From positions 1,344,001 through 1,408,000 of the forward strand of contig OY760505.1 in the NCBI GenBank assembly GCA_963663545.1: 64,000 bases of DNA, written 5' to 3'. The position numbers and the translations under genes are program-made. This document shows positions 27,168 to 37,633 of the stretch, in pieces (position 1 is the first letter of the stretch; every line of letters begins with the position of its first letter). Below the pieces are notes generated by a model, which saw only the letters and a program-made list of their open reading frames with translations, was not told where the DNA came from and searched no databases. Source of the stretch: Candidatus Delongbacteria bacterium (GTDB taxonomy: Bacteria > CAIWAD01).

Positions 27168-28631
27168 TCAACTCTTCGACTCCTGCTGTAACGGCAGAAT
27201 AACCTTGAAGCAACTGCCTTCGCCGACACGACTTTCAACTTCCACCCTCCCGCTGTGCGCTTCCACAAGCGCCTGTACAATGGACAATCCTAAACCACTG
27301 TGTCCATCTGCACCGCTGCGTGCCTCATCCGCACGATAGAATCGTTCGAAGATGCGCTCAAGATGCACTGGCGAGATACCAGGTCCATCGTCGTCCACGC
27401 TGATCCAGGCTGTATCACCGTCGCGTCCACATGTGACACGAACAAAACCGCCCGGTGTGTCACGGTGATGGATGGCGTTGCCCACAAGGTTACTCACTAT
27501 CGTGCTCAGAGCTTGCGGATCTACTCGGACTTCAACGGGCTGAAGATCGCGCTCGATGTGGACTACAGCCCTGGCTGCCAAAGGGAGAAGCTGCTGCATC
27601 AGGGGGGGGAGTTCAAGCGCCAAATCGCAGAGGCGCGGTTGCACCGTGATACGACCATCATCCTTGCGGGCCAGCAGTAGCAGACCTTCAACCAGTGAGC
27701 GCATACGCAGACCAGCCTCGCGACATGTAACCAGTGTCTCGCGATACTCCTCTGCACTACGCTCACGTTTCAGCACGCGCTGTGTTTCGGTCAGGATCAC
27801 TGTCAATGGCGTGCGTAGCTCATGCCCCGCATCGGCAGTAAAACGACGCTGACGCTCAAGAGCATCGTGTAGGCGGCCAAAGGTTCCGTTGAGTACACTC
27901 GCCAACTGATCCAGTTCACTACGACCACCACTTACCGGCACGCGCTCTTCCAGGTTGCCCTGCGCAATACGTGTGGCCGTATGCGATATGCTCTTGATGG
28001 GCTTGATGGCACGGCCAGCCATCCACCAACCGCCCAACAGCCCCATGAACCATAAGCCAAGACCGACACCGGCGAGTCCTAACCCAAGGCGGCGCATCTC
28101 TTCACGCTCGGGACGGATGTCGCGACCGACAACGCTCCATAAGCCAAAGTCACTGTGATGCAAACTCTCGCGTGTATCACCACGAAAGCGGAGTTCCTCC
28201 TCTAACTCGGGATGATCGAGTGGCGGAAAGGCAGGATCCAGGCTGCTGTAACCAGAGGACAACAGGATCTGGCCCTCCGAATCGGCAAGGGCAAAGTAAC
28301 TGCAACCGGGTCCAGTGTCCGAAAAGCGCTCGAGCGTCGCCTCGTCCAGCGCGAGCTTGCCATCGCGCAGCGCCTGCATCACGCTTTCCGGCAAAGGCGG
28401 GTGGTGCTGTTTCTCGCTAGCCTCTGTAGGAGGATGCTCGCGACCGGCAGCGTGCATCAGGCTCTTGATGAATACGCGCTCTGAATCCTGCAGCTCACGG
28501 TCGATGCGCCTGACGTGATCCATCCAGACCAACTGCCAGGTTGATGCGCACAGCGCAGCGATAGCCGCCAGTAGAGCCACCGCGTGTCCAATCTGGACTT
28601 TCCAGCGAATGGAGTGAATGGGAAGGTTCAT
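27168..28631 (-). CDS. Sensor histidine kinase (2 TM, HAMP, HisKA, HATPase)
   Basis: 'ADAGHELRTPL', 'NLVGNA', 'DDGPGI', 'FERFYR', 'GLGLSI'. Confidence 0.95.
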   Translation of the reverse strand: MNLPIHSIRWKVQIGHAVALLAAIAALCASTWQLVWMDHVRRIDRELQDSERVFIKSLMHAAGREHPPTEASEKQHHPPLPESVMQALRDGKLALDEATLERFSDTGPGCSYFALADSEGQILLSSGYSSLDPAFPPLDHPELEEELRFRGDTRESLHHSDFGLWSVVGRDIRPEREEMRRLGLGLAGVGLGLWFMGLLGGWWMAGRAIKPIKSISHTATRIAQGNLEERVPVSGGRSELDQLASVLNGTFGRLHDALERQRRFTADAGHELRTPLTVILTETQRVLKRERSAEEYRETLVTCREAGLRMRSLVEGLLLLARKDDGRITVQPRLCDLALELPPLMQQLLPLAARAVVHIERDLQPVEVRVDPQALSTIVSNLVGNAIHHRDTPGGFVRVTCGRDGDTAWISVDDDGPGISPVHLERIFERFYRADEARSGADGHSGLGLSIVQALVEAHSGRVEVESRVGEGSCFKVILPLQQESKS

Positions 28632-29278
28632 TCTACCAAGTAGCCGTGACCGCGCCGTGTGGCGATTACGGATGCTCCCAATTTGCGTCTCAGGTTGGAA
28701 ACGTGGACATCCAGCAGATTTGAGAAGCTGTCCTCGGTCTCATCAAACAGCCGGTCGTATAGACGGGTTCGACTGACCACTTCGCCACGATGTAACACCA
28801 GATACTCGAACAGAATGTACTCGCGCGCTGTCAATGGAACTTCTTCACCATGCCGTGACACAATGCGTCGCGAAATATCGATCACCAGGTCAGCGACTTC
28901 AATTCGTGAGCTCGCACGTCCTGCGCTACGCCGTATCAACGCTTTTACTCGTGATACAAGCTCATCTGCATCGAAGGGTTTAATCAAGTAGTCGTCTGCT
29001 CCGCCGTCAAGCCCGCGAACACGATCTGGAACTGTATCACGCGCTGTCAGCATAAGGACTGGTGTCGTATACTTCGGTCGAAGGGCATCCAGCACCTGCC
29101 AGCCATTCATGCGCGGCATCATCACATCCAACACAATGGCGTCGTACAGGCCATCGCGGGCTTTGGCAAGGCCTACTTCACCGTCTTCGGCCTCATCAAC
29201 GGCAAAGCCCTCCTCGCGTAGGAGGGCCGCCAGGCTTCGACGCAAAGCCGCGTCGTCTTCTACCACCAGTAGTCGCAC
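28628..29278 (-). CDS. OmpR-family response regulator
   Basis: 'VVEDD', 'LDVMMP', 'GADDYLIKPF', 'LRRKLG', 'RGHGY'. Confidence 0.95.
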   Translation of the reverse strand: MRLLVVEDDAALRRSLAALLREEGFAVDEAEDGEVGLAKARDGLYDAIVLDVMMPRMNGWQVLDALRPKYTTPVLMLTARDTVPDRVRGLDGGADDYLIKPFDADELVSRVKALIRRSAGRASSRIEVADLVIDISRRIVSRHGEEVPLTAREYILFEYLVLHRGEVVSRTRLYDRLFDETEDSFSNLLDVHVSNLRRKLGASVIATRRGHGYLVE

Positions 29279-29287
29279 AACAACCTC

Positions 29288-30514
29288 TTACTCATGTGCC
29301 AGGGCCTGAATGGGATCCAGCCTGGCCGCTCTACGCGCCGGAGCAAATCCGAACACGATGCCCACCGCCGCAGAGAACAGGAAAGCGACGATGTTGATGT
29401 GAGTATTGAAAACAAAATCCACGGAAATGATTTTCGCCAGACCTGCGCTCAGGCCAAGAGCCAACAGAATACCCAGCAATCCACCGACGCTGGAAAGCAC
29501 CAATGCCTCAACAAGGAACTGCTCCAACACTTCGCGCGGGCGCGCTCCAATGGCCAAACGAATGCCAATCTCGCGCGTGCGCTCCGTGACACTAACCAGC
29601 ATGATGTTCATGATTCCGATACCGCCCACCAACAGTGATACGCCAGCGACGGCGGCCAGCAGTGTTGTCATCATCTGTGTGGAACTGCTCATGGTCTCGG
29701 CGATCTGGCGTGTGTCAAAGACGTTAAAGTTGTCATCCTGGCCATTTGTGATACCCCGACGCTCCCGCATAAGCTGCGAGATTTCCGTCAACAGCGCATC
29801 GCTGTCCACATCATCCTCGGCAGAAAGACTGATCTGGTCCACATCCCGTGAACTACTGCGCCCGCCAAGACGCCGCTGCAGGGTAGTCAGCGGTATCACG
29901 ATTGTATCGTCCTGATCGCCCATACCCGCCTGGCCCTTGCTCTTCAGCACGCCAACAACAGTCAGAACAGCCCGTCCTACTCTCAGGCGTGTGCCAAGAA
30001 CCTCCTCCCCCGCCAACAACTCTTCCGCCACAGTGCTTCCAATCACACACACTGCGGCAGCTGATGTTTGCTCTTCTTCAGTAAAGAAGCGGCCCTCAGA
30101 CAGGCTCCAGCGGTTGATGTCGAAATATGCGGAATAGGTGCCCGTGACGCGAGTAGTACGTGCGCGTGTGCGATAGATGGTGGGAACGCTAGTGCTGCGA
30201 ATGGGAGCAGCGGCTGCAATACCCGACACCTCGGCCAGATCCTCAACATCATCCAGCGTGAAGTTGGGCACGCCAGCACCTCGGGAGCGGGGCCCAAATC
30301 CCATGCCCGGCATTACCATGATCAGGTTGCTGCCCAGACTGGAAATCTGGTCGCGAACCGCTTTTGTAGCACCATCGCCCAGAGTAGTCATGGTAATGAC
30401 AGCGGCCACGCCAATGATGATGCCCAGCATGGTCAGCAGAGCACGTGATACATTTCTACGAATCTCGCGAAGGGCAATCGCGAAGGAGTTCAGCAATCGG
30501 GAGATCATACCCAC
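29288..30514 (-). CDS. MacB-type ABC transporter permease
   Basis: 'LTMLGIIIGVAAV', 'GGIGIMNIMLVSVTERTREIGIR', 'PARRAARLDPI.AL'. Confidence 0.95.
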   Translation of the reverse strand: MGMISRLLNSFAIALREIRRNVSRALLTMLGIIIGVAAVITMTTLGDGATKAVRDQISSLGSNLIMVMPGMGFGPRSRGAGVPNFTLDDVEDLAEVSGIAAAAPIRSTSVPTIYRTRARTTRVTGTYSAYFDINRWSLSEGRFFTEEEQTSAAAVCVIGSTVAEELLAGEEVLGTRLRVGRAVLTVVGVLKSKGQAGMGDQDDTIVIPLTTLQRRLGGRSSSRDVDQISLSAEDDVDSDALLTEISQLMRERRGITNGQDDNFNVFDTRQIAETMSSSTQMMTTLLAAVAGVSLLVGGIGIMNIMLVSVTERTREIGIRLAIGARPREVLEQFLVEALVLSSVGGLLGILLALGLSAGLAKIISVDFVFNTHINIVAFLFSAAVGIVFGFAPARRAARLDPIQALAHE

Positions 30515-31215
30515 GCTCCTGCGGCCGGAGGACCGTCACTTTCAACCAGCCCGTCGCGAACGGAGATCACACGACGCGCCCTGGCAGCTACCTCCTGCTC
30601 ATGTGTTACAAGCAGTATTGTGATACCACGCTCGGAATTGAGTCGGCTGAGCAAGGCCATGATTTCGTTGGTTGTTGCCGTGTCCAGATTACCTGTAGGC
30701 TCGTCAGCAAGTAGCGTGCTTGGATCACCGACGATGGCCCGTGCTACAGCCACTCTTTGTTGCTGACCACCCGAAAGCTCGGCAGGCGTGTTACGTTCTT
30801 TGTCAGCCAGCCCCACTGCAGCGAGTGCTTCACGGGCACGCTCGCGACGCTCTTTGCGAGTGAAGCCACGATACAGTAGCGGTAGTTCGACATTCTCGAT
30901 TGCACTGGTGCGGGCCAGTAGATTGAATCCCTGGAAGATGAAGCCCATTGCGAGACGGCGCAGCAAGGATCGCTCCTCTGAATCGAGATCTTCCACTGCA
31001 ATTCCTTCATAGAGATAGCTACCCAGGCTGGGGCTGTCCAGACAACCAAGCAGGTTCATCAACGTACTCTTGCCGCTACCGGATGGCCCCATGATGGCCA
31101 CGAACTCGCCACGATCGACGCCGATATTGATGCCTTTCAGGGCCTCGAAGGCAAACTCACCTCGTCCATAAATCTTGTGCAGATTCACGGTCTGAATCAG
31201 AGTTGACTCGCTCAC
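30505..31215 (-). CDS. MacB/LolD-type ABC ATPase
   Basis: 'GPSGSGKST', 'LSGGQQQR', 'ADEPTGNLD'. Confidence 0.95.
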   Translation of the reverse strand: MSESTLIQTVNLHKIYGRGEFAFEALKGINIGVDRGEFVAIMGPSGSGKSTLMNLLGCLDSPSLGSYLYEGIAVEDLDSEERSLLRRLAMGFIFQGFNLLARTSAIENVELPLLYRGFTRKERRERAREALAAVGLADKERNTPAELSGGQQQRVAVARAIVGDPSTLLADEPTGNLDTATTNEIMALLSRLNSERGITILLVTHEQEVAARARRVISVRDGLVESDGPPAAGAWV

Positions 31216-32597
31216 GAGTTAACCTGGCTCTGGCCGACGATGACTTCGTCCCCTTCCTGGAGCTCTTCGGATTCCACCTGCGTGCGACGTCCATCGCTCA
31301 ATCCGACAGCGACGTGTACGGGCATAGGATGTCCATCACGCAAAATCCAGATCGTGTTGGCATCGCCATCACTGTTCGTAGCGGGCTCGGTTGCCTCGGT
31401 AGTTGTGCTAGAGCGGCGGTTTGGACGTGGCGGACGGGGCATCAAGTTGTCTACGAAGCTCCGCTTCTGCGAACTGCTACTCTGCGAAGGCGCACTCCCC
31501 ATGTTGGGCGGCGGTCCACCCGCTCCATCTTCAGGCTTGGGCATTTCGAAACGCAACGCAGCAGGAGGAACCAGCCAGGCATCGCTGCACTCGGCCACGC
31601 GAAGATCGGCCGTAGCCGTCATTCCGGGACGAAGGCTAAAGTCGCCGTTGTCCACAATCAGCTTGACCGCATAAGTCACCACGTTGTCGACGATTTCGCT
31701 TCCCCAGGAAACGCGTGTCACACTGGCCTCGTACTTGCGATCAGGATAGGCGTCCACCGCGAAACTGGCACCCAGACCTTCTGTGATACGAGCGATATCC
31801 GCCTCGGCAACAGCCACCTCCAACTGCATGTGAGACAAGTCCTCTGCAATCACGAATAGCTCTGGAGCCGAAAAGCTGGCCGCAACGGTCTGTCCGACTT
31901 CGATACTGCGTGTCAACACAACACCGTTTGTTGGACTGCTGATGAGTGCTTTGGCCAGGTTGCTCTCCTGACTCTCTACCTGCGCCTGACTCTGAGCAAG
32001 ACTGGCTCGTGCACTGATCAAATCGGCATCGGCATTCTCGGCACTCGTGGTCACACTCTGCATTTCTGAAACCGAGGGCAAGCGGCCGCCACTGGATTCG
32101 CGCAACTTCTGCTGACGAGCCAGCTCATCGTTGGCCTGCTTCGCTGTCAACTCGGCTTGTGTCACACGCGCTTCAGCGGCCTGCAGCGAAGCACGTAGCG
32201 CATTCAGCTCCGTCTCCAGCGTTGTTGTGTCCAAGCGCAACAGCGCTTGTCCCTTTGTAACACGGTCATTTTCGTCAACGTAGATCTCGAGTACCGTTCC
32301 GGAGAGCTCGCTGCCTACCGTCACTTGATTGGTTGGCTCCAGATTTCCAGTAGCAGTAACCGTAACGCTCAATTCGCCACGTTCGAGGGTTGAGGTCCGA
32401 AAGCTCATTTCGCCTGGACCGCCCTTGCGATGACCCATGGCAAAGGCAACGACGACGACGACCAGCAGCAGTCCGCCGGCAATCCAGGGCCAGCGGCGAC
32501 GTGATCCACGGGCCGAGCGAATAGCTTCAGCCAGACTTGCTCCATTGGCGAGCGAGGACTTCTTTTTCATGGTATTTGATTCCTTGGGCTGGTTCAT
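31212..32597 (-). CDS. MacA-like periplasmic adaptor (membrane fusion protein)
   Basis: 'V.VGSELSG', 'GQTVAASF', 'VDAYPD', 'LRPGMTA'; start taken at the ATGA overlap 32597 (track start 32666). Confidence 0.9.
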   Translation of the reverse strand: MNQPKESNTMKKKSSLANGASLAEAIRSARGSRRRWPWIAGGLLLVVVVVAFAMGHRKGGPGEMSFRTSTLERGELSVTVTATGNLEPTNQVTVGSELSGTVLEIYVDENDRVTKGQALLRLDTTTLETELNALRASLQAAEARVTQAELTAKQANDELARQQKLRESSGGRLPSVSEMQSVTTSAENADADLISARASLAQSQAQVESQESNLAKALISSPTNGVVLTRSIEVGQTVAASFSAPELFVIAEDLSHMQLEVAVAEADIARITEGLGASFAVDAYPDRKYEASVTRVSWGSEIVDNVVTYAVKLIVDNGDFSLRPGMTATADLRVAECSDAWLVPPAALRFEMPKPEDGAGGPPPNMGSAPSQSSSSQKRSFVDNLMPRPPRPNRRSSTTTEATEPATNSDGDANTIWILRDGHPMPVHVAVGLSDGRRTQVESEELQEGDEVIVGQSQVNS

Positions 32598-34090
32598 TTC
32601 TCTTTTCCATTCCCGGAGTCCCAGCCACCGCCAAGCGCGGCGTAGAGACTCGCCTGTGCCGCCCACTCGGCAGCCCGGGCAGCTGTCAGCGATTGCTGTG
32701 CACTAAGTGCATTCCGTTGTGCATCCAGCACGCTCAGCCGATCCGCGAGTCCGGCCTCTTCTTGTAACACGACCAGATCTGCTGCATTCATCGTGGCCTC
32801 TGTGCTATGCTCTATGGCTTCACGCGTGACACGTTTCGCTTCCAGATCTCCGATGGCATTCTGCACTTCCGCAATGGCCTCTTGTACCGTTGTGCGCCAA
32901 CTCAGCCAGGCCTGCTCTTCGGCCGCCTGCTGACTTTTGACATTGGCCGCCAGCTTGCCAGCCTGGAAGAGCGGCGCCGTCAGTCCAGCGGCCGCGCTCA
33001 TGGCTAGCTGTTCAGGTGTAAACCAACCGTCCAGATCTCCTGAACTTGCGCCCACGTTTCCACTCAGGCTTAGGGAGGGGAAGCGCGAACGCTGCGCTGC
33101 CTGGCGACGAGCGATCGCAGCTTCCACCTCGGCCTCAGCCTGGATTACATCGGGACGCTGACGAAGGGTTTCTGCGGGAATGCCTGGTGTCACAACGGGC
33201 AGTGTATTTGGGTTCTGTGATACACCGGCCTCAAGTATCTCAATCAACTCGCCCGGTGTACGACCACAGAGCAAGCTAATGGCATTAGCCGATTCCTGAA
33301 GGCTTTGTTTGAGTGCAGGTAGCTGGGAACGCGTGCTTTCGATGGTCGCCGTTTGCTGCAGCAATTCCAACCCGCTATCAAGACCGACCTGCACGCGTAT
33401 GCAGTTCAGCTCATAACTCTCTTCACTAAACGCCAGACTGTTTTGTGTCACAGCATAGCGCTCGTGTAAGGTGCGGTACTCGAACCAGGCTGCTGCGACC
33501 TGACTGGCCAATGTCACTCGCGCCCCATAAAGCGCAGCTTCACTGGCATCCAGATCAGCATTTGCAGCCCGCGATGTAGCACGCTGCTCACCGAACAGAT
33601 CCAGCTGCCAACTAGCCCCGAGTCCCGTTGAGGAGCCCCGGTCGATTCCCACTTCGTCGGTGTCGAGATTCTCGTTGCGTGATACATTGCTTCCGGCGCT
33701 TGCGCTTAGCGATGGCCAGAAACCACTGTTTGTAGAAGTGCGTGCGGCGCGTGCCTGCACCAGTCGTAGACGGGCACTTTCGACGGTTGGTCCTTCGGCC
33801 AGGGCCAGCTCGACGAGCTCTGTAAGTGTGGGATCATTGAAGCGCATCCACCACTGGCTCAAATCATCGGCATAGACGGCGTCGGCTTGTATCACATTGT
33901 GTGTGCTCTGCCAGCTCTCGGGAGCCAGCTCATTCATTCTTGTACCGGCACTCAGCGTGCTGCAGGCGTTCAGCAGCAGGGAGAGAACACCCGTCAACAC
34001 CAGCACAGTCATCCGGCGCGAGTTGCGCTGCATGCGTCTGGATTCTGGCTGTAAACGGGGAGTCGGTACCTTCGGGTTCGCAGTTCGCAT
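32594..34090 (-). CDS. TolC/OprM-family outer-membrane efflux lipoprotein
   Basis: Lipobox 'LNAC', 'WW.RFNDP.L', 'WQLDLFG', 'RPDV..AE', 'LYAALGGGW'. Confidence 0.93.
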   Translation of the reverse strand: MRTANPKVPTPRLQPESRRMQRNSRRMTVLVLTGVLSLLLNACSTLSAGTRMNELAPESWQSTHNVIQADAVYADDLSQWWMRFNDPTLTELVELALAEGPTVESARLRLVQARAARTSTNSGFWPSLSASAGSNVSRNENLDTDEVGIDRGSSTGLGASWQLDLFGEQRATSRAANADLDASEAALYGARVTLASQVAAAWFEYRTLHERYAVTQNSLAFSEESYELNCIRVQVGLDSGLELLQQTATIESTRSQLPALKQSLQESANAISLLCGRTPGELIEILEAGVSQNPNTLPVVTPGIPAETLRQRPDVIQAEAEVEAAIARRQAAQRSRFPSLSLSGNVGASSGDLDGWFTPEQLAMSAAAGLTAPLFQAGKLAANVKSQQAAEEQAWLSWRTTVQEAIAEVQNAIGDLEAKRVTREAIEHSTEATMNAADLVVLQEEAGLADRLSVLDAQRNALSAQQSLTAARAAEWAAQASLYAALGGGWDSGNGKEK

Positions 34091-34183
34091 GGTTTCCAGT
34101 CCTCTTTGACTGGAGCGAAAATAAGGCGGAGTACCTTAAGCGAAGGTGAAGGAGAATTGGCGAGAGCCCTATCCTCTACAGAA

Positions 34184-34203
34184 GCGCCGGTTGAAACCGG
34201 CGC
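34184..34203 (-). terminator. 8-bp GC hairpin downstream of the FGE-domain gene
   Basis: GCGCCGGT-tgaa-ACCGGCGC, followed by TTCT on minus strand. Confidence 0.5.
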
Positions 34204-34242
34204 GAATCAAGATCACATGAGCACAACCGACACAAAGTCCCG

Positions 34243-35382
34243 CTAAAACGAGGTGCGACAAAGGCGAAAACCGGTGTGCGCAAAGCATCCGTCGGGCCAG
34301 ATATAAAAGCGCGTCGCGCTGCGCAGGTACAAGTCGGTACTAAACCAGAAACCGCCGCGGATCATCCGATTGGACCAGCTTGGCACCCCGACAGGATCCG
34401 TTACGGGGCTTGTGCCCAAGTCGCCGTACCAGTCATTGATCCACTCATTGGCATTGCCAGCCAAATCGACGAAGCCCAGCATGCTGGTTCCCAGCGGATA
34501 GCTGCCCACCGCCACCGTATGGCCAATACACCCGCCGCAGTTGGCATACACGCACTGCGTAGGATAAGCTTCGCCCCAGGGATAAGTGCGACCGTCAGCG
34601 TAGCGCGCGGCACGCTCCCACTCCGCATCCGTCGGCAGACGGTAGCCCTCGGCCGTGTAGGGATTGCGCACCGACGGGATCTCGCCCCAGGCGCCTTCGT
34701 AGTAGGGCTGCAGACCGTTCATCATGCTCAGCCAGTCGCAGTAACAGGCGGCCCCGTACCAGCTCAGGCCGATGACCGGGTAGTCTTCGTAGCCTTCGTC
34801 CACGCGGAATTCCCAGCCATACCAATGGATCTGGCAGAAGCCGTCCAGGTCGAGCAGTTCCTGCGAGTAAGCTTGAATGGAATAGGGGCCGATATCAATG
34901 TGGCTGAGATCGCCGTTCATCCAGGCCCATTCCAACGCCACCATGTACTCCGCATTGGTCAGCTCGGTGCGCCCCAAGTAGTAATTGTGGGTCAGCGTGA
35001 CGGTATGAATGGAGTCGCCGAACTGGGCGCCTGCCTGCCCCATGGTGAAAGTGCCGCCTGGTACCAGAATCATCTCGGGCTCATCGACGCCAAGCGCGCA
35101 CACATGGAACAGCTTGAGGTCTTGTCCACTCATCATTGAAACGGGATAGGCCAGCGTGAGAGTTGTTCCGGTAATCTCGCAGAGCAGCGAATCCTGCGTA
35201 TTGCCTTGCTCATAAACCCGATAGCCAAGTGCGCCCTCAATGGCCTCCCACCGCAACGCCACAGCAAGTGTGTCCTGCGTACCGTTCCAGGCCGCGGAAA
35301 TCTTCGGCTTAGGGGAATCGATGGCTTGAGCAGAAAACGAAAACACAGTGAAAAGCAGAAATCCGATAGCAATACGCGACAT
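34243..35382 (-). CDS. Exported FGE-sulfatase (SUMF1 / C-type-lectin fold) domain protein
   Basis: SD GAGGAGG before MSRIA (35382); 'PGGTFTMG', 'YRLPTDAEWERAAR', 'DLAGNANEW', 'RGG.W', 'GFR'. Confidence 0.9.
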   Translation of the reverse strand: MSRIAIGFLLFTVFSFSAQAIDSPKPKISAAWNGTQDTLAVALRWEAIEGALGYRVYEQGNTQDSLLCEITGTTLTLAYPVSMMSGQDLKLFHVCALGVDEPEMILVPGGTFTMGQAGAQFGDSIHTVTLTHNYYLGRTELTNAEYMVALEWAWMNGDLSHIDIGPYSIQAYSQELLDLDGFCQIHWYGWEFRVDEGYEDYPVIGLSWYGAACYCDWLSMMNGLQPYYEGAWGEIPSVRNPYTAEGYRLPTDAEWERAARYADGRTYPWGEAYPTQCVYANCGGCIGHTVAVGSYPLGTSMLGFVDLAGNANEWINDWYGDLGTSPVTDPVGVPSWSNRMIRGGFWFSTDLYLRSATRFYIWPDGCFAHTGFRLCRTSF

Positions 35383-35425
35383 GGTGACCTCCTCTGCGCA
35401 ATTGGACGGTTCTGACATCCCGGTG

Positions 35426-35442
35426 CGCAAATGCCATGCCTT
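35426..35442 (-). promoter_or_regulatory. Possible sigma-54 promoter of the FGE-domain gene
   Basis: Minus strand AAGGCATGGCATTTGCG, GG-N10-GC, about 45 nt upstream of the start codon. Confidence 0.35.
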
Positions 35443-35611
35443 GGTCATGCGGCGCAGAACTCCAGCATTTCAGCTTTGGCAATTGGCTCAATCCTTAGTG
35501 CGAATGACACAGAACTGCTCGAATCGCCCGATGCTGAACAGAAAACTCCGGCCGCAGCCGGAGTTCTCATCGCCTATCATGTCTTGACGAAGGGCGCCGC
35601 AGAGATTGCCG

Positions 35612-37633
35612 CTAGGGCCTTGCTGCAGCCGCATTGCCGCGGCCCTGGGAACGCGGTGCTCCCGGACGCGCGCCCCGCTTGGCCTGGCTAGGGCGCCCTT
35701 TACCACCCTGGCCAGCGCGATCGGGTCGGTAGTCAGCATAGGAATTCCGCGGATCGCTGCCGCGGGATCCCGAAGTCGCGGAACGCTTGGCGTGTCCATT
35801 CGCGGGCTTGTTGCCGCCATGACCCGAACGATAGTTCGAAGTAGCCTCGCCGGAAGTGAACTCCGCAGGACGAGCCCCGCTTTTCGAACGGTCCCTGGCA
35901 TAGCCCTTGCCCGTATCACCGCGACGTGAGGTTTCGCCCTGTTCCCTTGTATCACGATCGGAACGGCGCCCTTCCTTGCGGGGAGCGTCGGCGTCTGTGT
36001 CTTTCCAGCCGGAGCCGGCAGAGGCAGCGGCGGCCTGTCGGATAAAGAGGTCGAAGTTGCCCTTGCTGGATCCGTGACGGCGCGCATCCTTCTGTCCGGA
36101 GCGCGGTGGCTTCTGCTTCTCGTAAGTAGGCGTCGGCGAGGAGTGCGAGGAGTTCTGGGGCGTGTACTCAGGCCTCTGCGTGGAATAGGCAGACTTCTGT
36201 GAGGTATGCGAAGACTTCTGAGCCGGGCGAGCCGTTTTAAAAGCCGGGCGCGCCTTACGACGCTCGCCGAATCCTGCACCTGTATCACGGGGTGTGTTAC
36301 GACCGCGTCCGCGCTTCTCTCCGCTGGTTGCGCCCTTGCCGAAATTGGGCGGAGCGGGTAGCGTGCTCAGCATTGAGGCGTTGTCGTGATACTCGTGATC
36401 CAGCTGCGGTGGAACGGACTGTCCAAGCATGCGCTCGATATCGCGCAAGTAGGCGCGCTCTTCTGCACTGCAGAAGGAGATGGCATCGCCACCAGCACCC
36501 GCACGCGCAGTACGCCCGATGCGATGGACATAGGTCTCGGCCTCGACGGGAAGATCATAGTTGATCACATGTGTCACATCGTCCACATCCAGACCGCGGG
36601 CAGCGACGTCGGTCGCAACCAGCACGCGGTAGCGTCCCTGACGGAAGCCCTGCAGCGCTTTGATCCGCACTGACTGGCTCTTGTTGCCGTGAATGGCGAC
36701 GGCACTGGTTCCGACCTCGCCCAGTTTCTCAGCCACTTTATTCGCCTGATGCTTCATCTGCGTAAAGACAATCGCTTTGCTGATGTTTGTATCACTCAGC
36801 AGCGAAAGCAGCAGGGCATCCTTGTCTTTCTTGCCAACAAAGAGCACACGCTGACTGATGCGATCTACGGTGAGCTGTTCCGGCTCGATGGACACGCGCA
36901 CCGGATCGCGCACGATACCCTCGGCGAGCTTTTCCATCTTGGGCGGCATGGTGGCAGAGAAGAATAGCGTCTGCCTCTCCTCCGGAACCTGCTCCAGCAC
37001 ACGCTGAATGTCTGGCATGAAGCCCATGTCGAGCATGCGATCGACTTCGTCCAGCACAAAGACTTCAACAGCGCTCAGCTGCACGTGCCCCTGCTGGGCC
37101 AGGTCAAGCAGACGCCCGGGAGTGGCCACCAGAATATCCACGCCACGCTGCAGCGCACGCACCTGATGATACTGGGGAACACCGCCGAAAATCACCGTGT
37201 GTGATACACGCAGGTGTCTGCCATAGGTCGTCAGGCTGTCGCCGATCTGAGCTGCCAGCTCGCGGGTCGGGGCCAGAATCAGCGCATGCGGAAAGTTGGA
37301 CTGCGGACGCTGCTTGTTCTTGGACATCCGCTCCAGCAAGGGGAGCGCGAAAGCGGCCGTCTTACCCGTACCGGTTTGGGCCGTACCCAGCAAGTCGAGA
37401 CCCTTCATCAGATGCGGGATGGACTGTTCCTGTACGGGCGTCGGTGTTACATAGCCTTCGGCCACAATAGCGCGAATCAGTTCGGGACGCAGAGTACGAA
37501 AAGCGCCCTCGACCTGTGTCACATCAACATAGACTTCCTGCGGCTCGGGCTTGCGGGCCGGACGATACTCTGCACTGCGCGCAGCACTATTGCGCGGCTT
37601 GCGTCGCGGTGACGCATCCTGTCGGTTCTTCAT
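35612..37633 (-). CDS. DEAD-box RNA helicase (RhlE-like) with long basic disordered tail
   Basis: 'AQTGTGKT', 'PTRELA', 'TPGRL', 'DEVD', 'SAT', 'ARGLD', 'HRIGRTAR'. Confidence 0.95.
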   Translation of the reverse strand: MKNRQDASPRRKPRNSAARSAEYRPARKPEPQEVYVDVTQVEGAFRTLRPELIRAIVAEGYVTPTPVQEQSIPHLMKGLDLLGTAQTGTGKTAAFALPLLERMSKNKQRPQSNFPHALILAPTRELAAQIGDSLTTYGRHLRVSHTVIFGGVPQYHQVRALQRGVDILVATPGRLLDLAQQGHVQLSAVEVFVLDEVDRMLDMGFMPDIQRVLEQVPEERQTLFFSATMPPKMEKLAEGIVRDPVRVSIEPEQLTVDRISQRVLFVGKKDKDALLLSLLSDTNISKAIVFTQMKHQANKVAEKLGEVGTSAVAIHGNKSQSVRIKALQGFRQGRYRVLVATDVAARGLDVDDVTHVINYDLPVEAETYVHRIGRTARAGAGGDAISFCSAEERAYLRDIERMLGQSVPPQLDHEYHDNASMLSTLPAPPNFGKGATSGEKRGRGRNTPRDTGAGFGERRKARPAFKTARPAQKSSHTSQKSAYSTQRPEYTPQNSSHSSPTPTYEKQKPPRSGQKDARRHGSSKGNFDLFIRQAAAASAGSGWKDTDADAPRKEGRRSDRDTREQGETSRRGDTGKGYARDRSKSGARPAEFTSGEATSNYRSGHGGNKPANGHAKRSATSGSRGSDPRNSYADYRPDRAGQGGKGRPSQAKRGARPGAPRSQGRGNAAAARP

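Noticed and set aside
27168..34090. MacAB-TolC plus two-component system as a novel system
   Set aside because: Common, well-described architecture.
35488..36288. 266-aa alternate-frame ORF over the helicase tail (possible frameshift product)
   Set aside because: Arg/Pro-rich low-complexity translation typical of GC-rich off-frames; no slippery site seen and the main frame is open.
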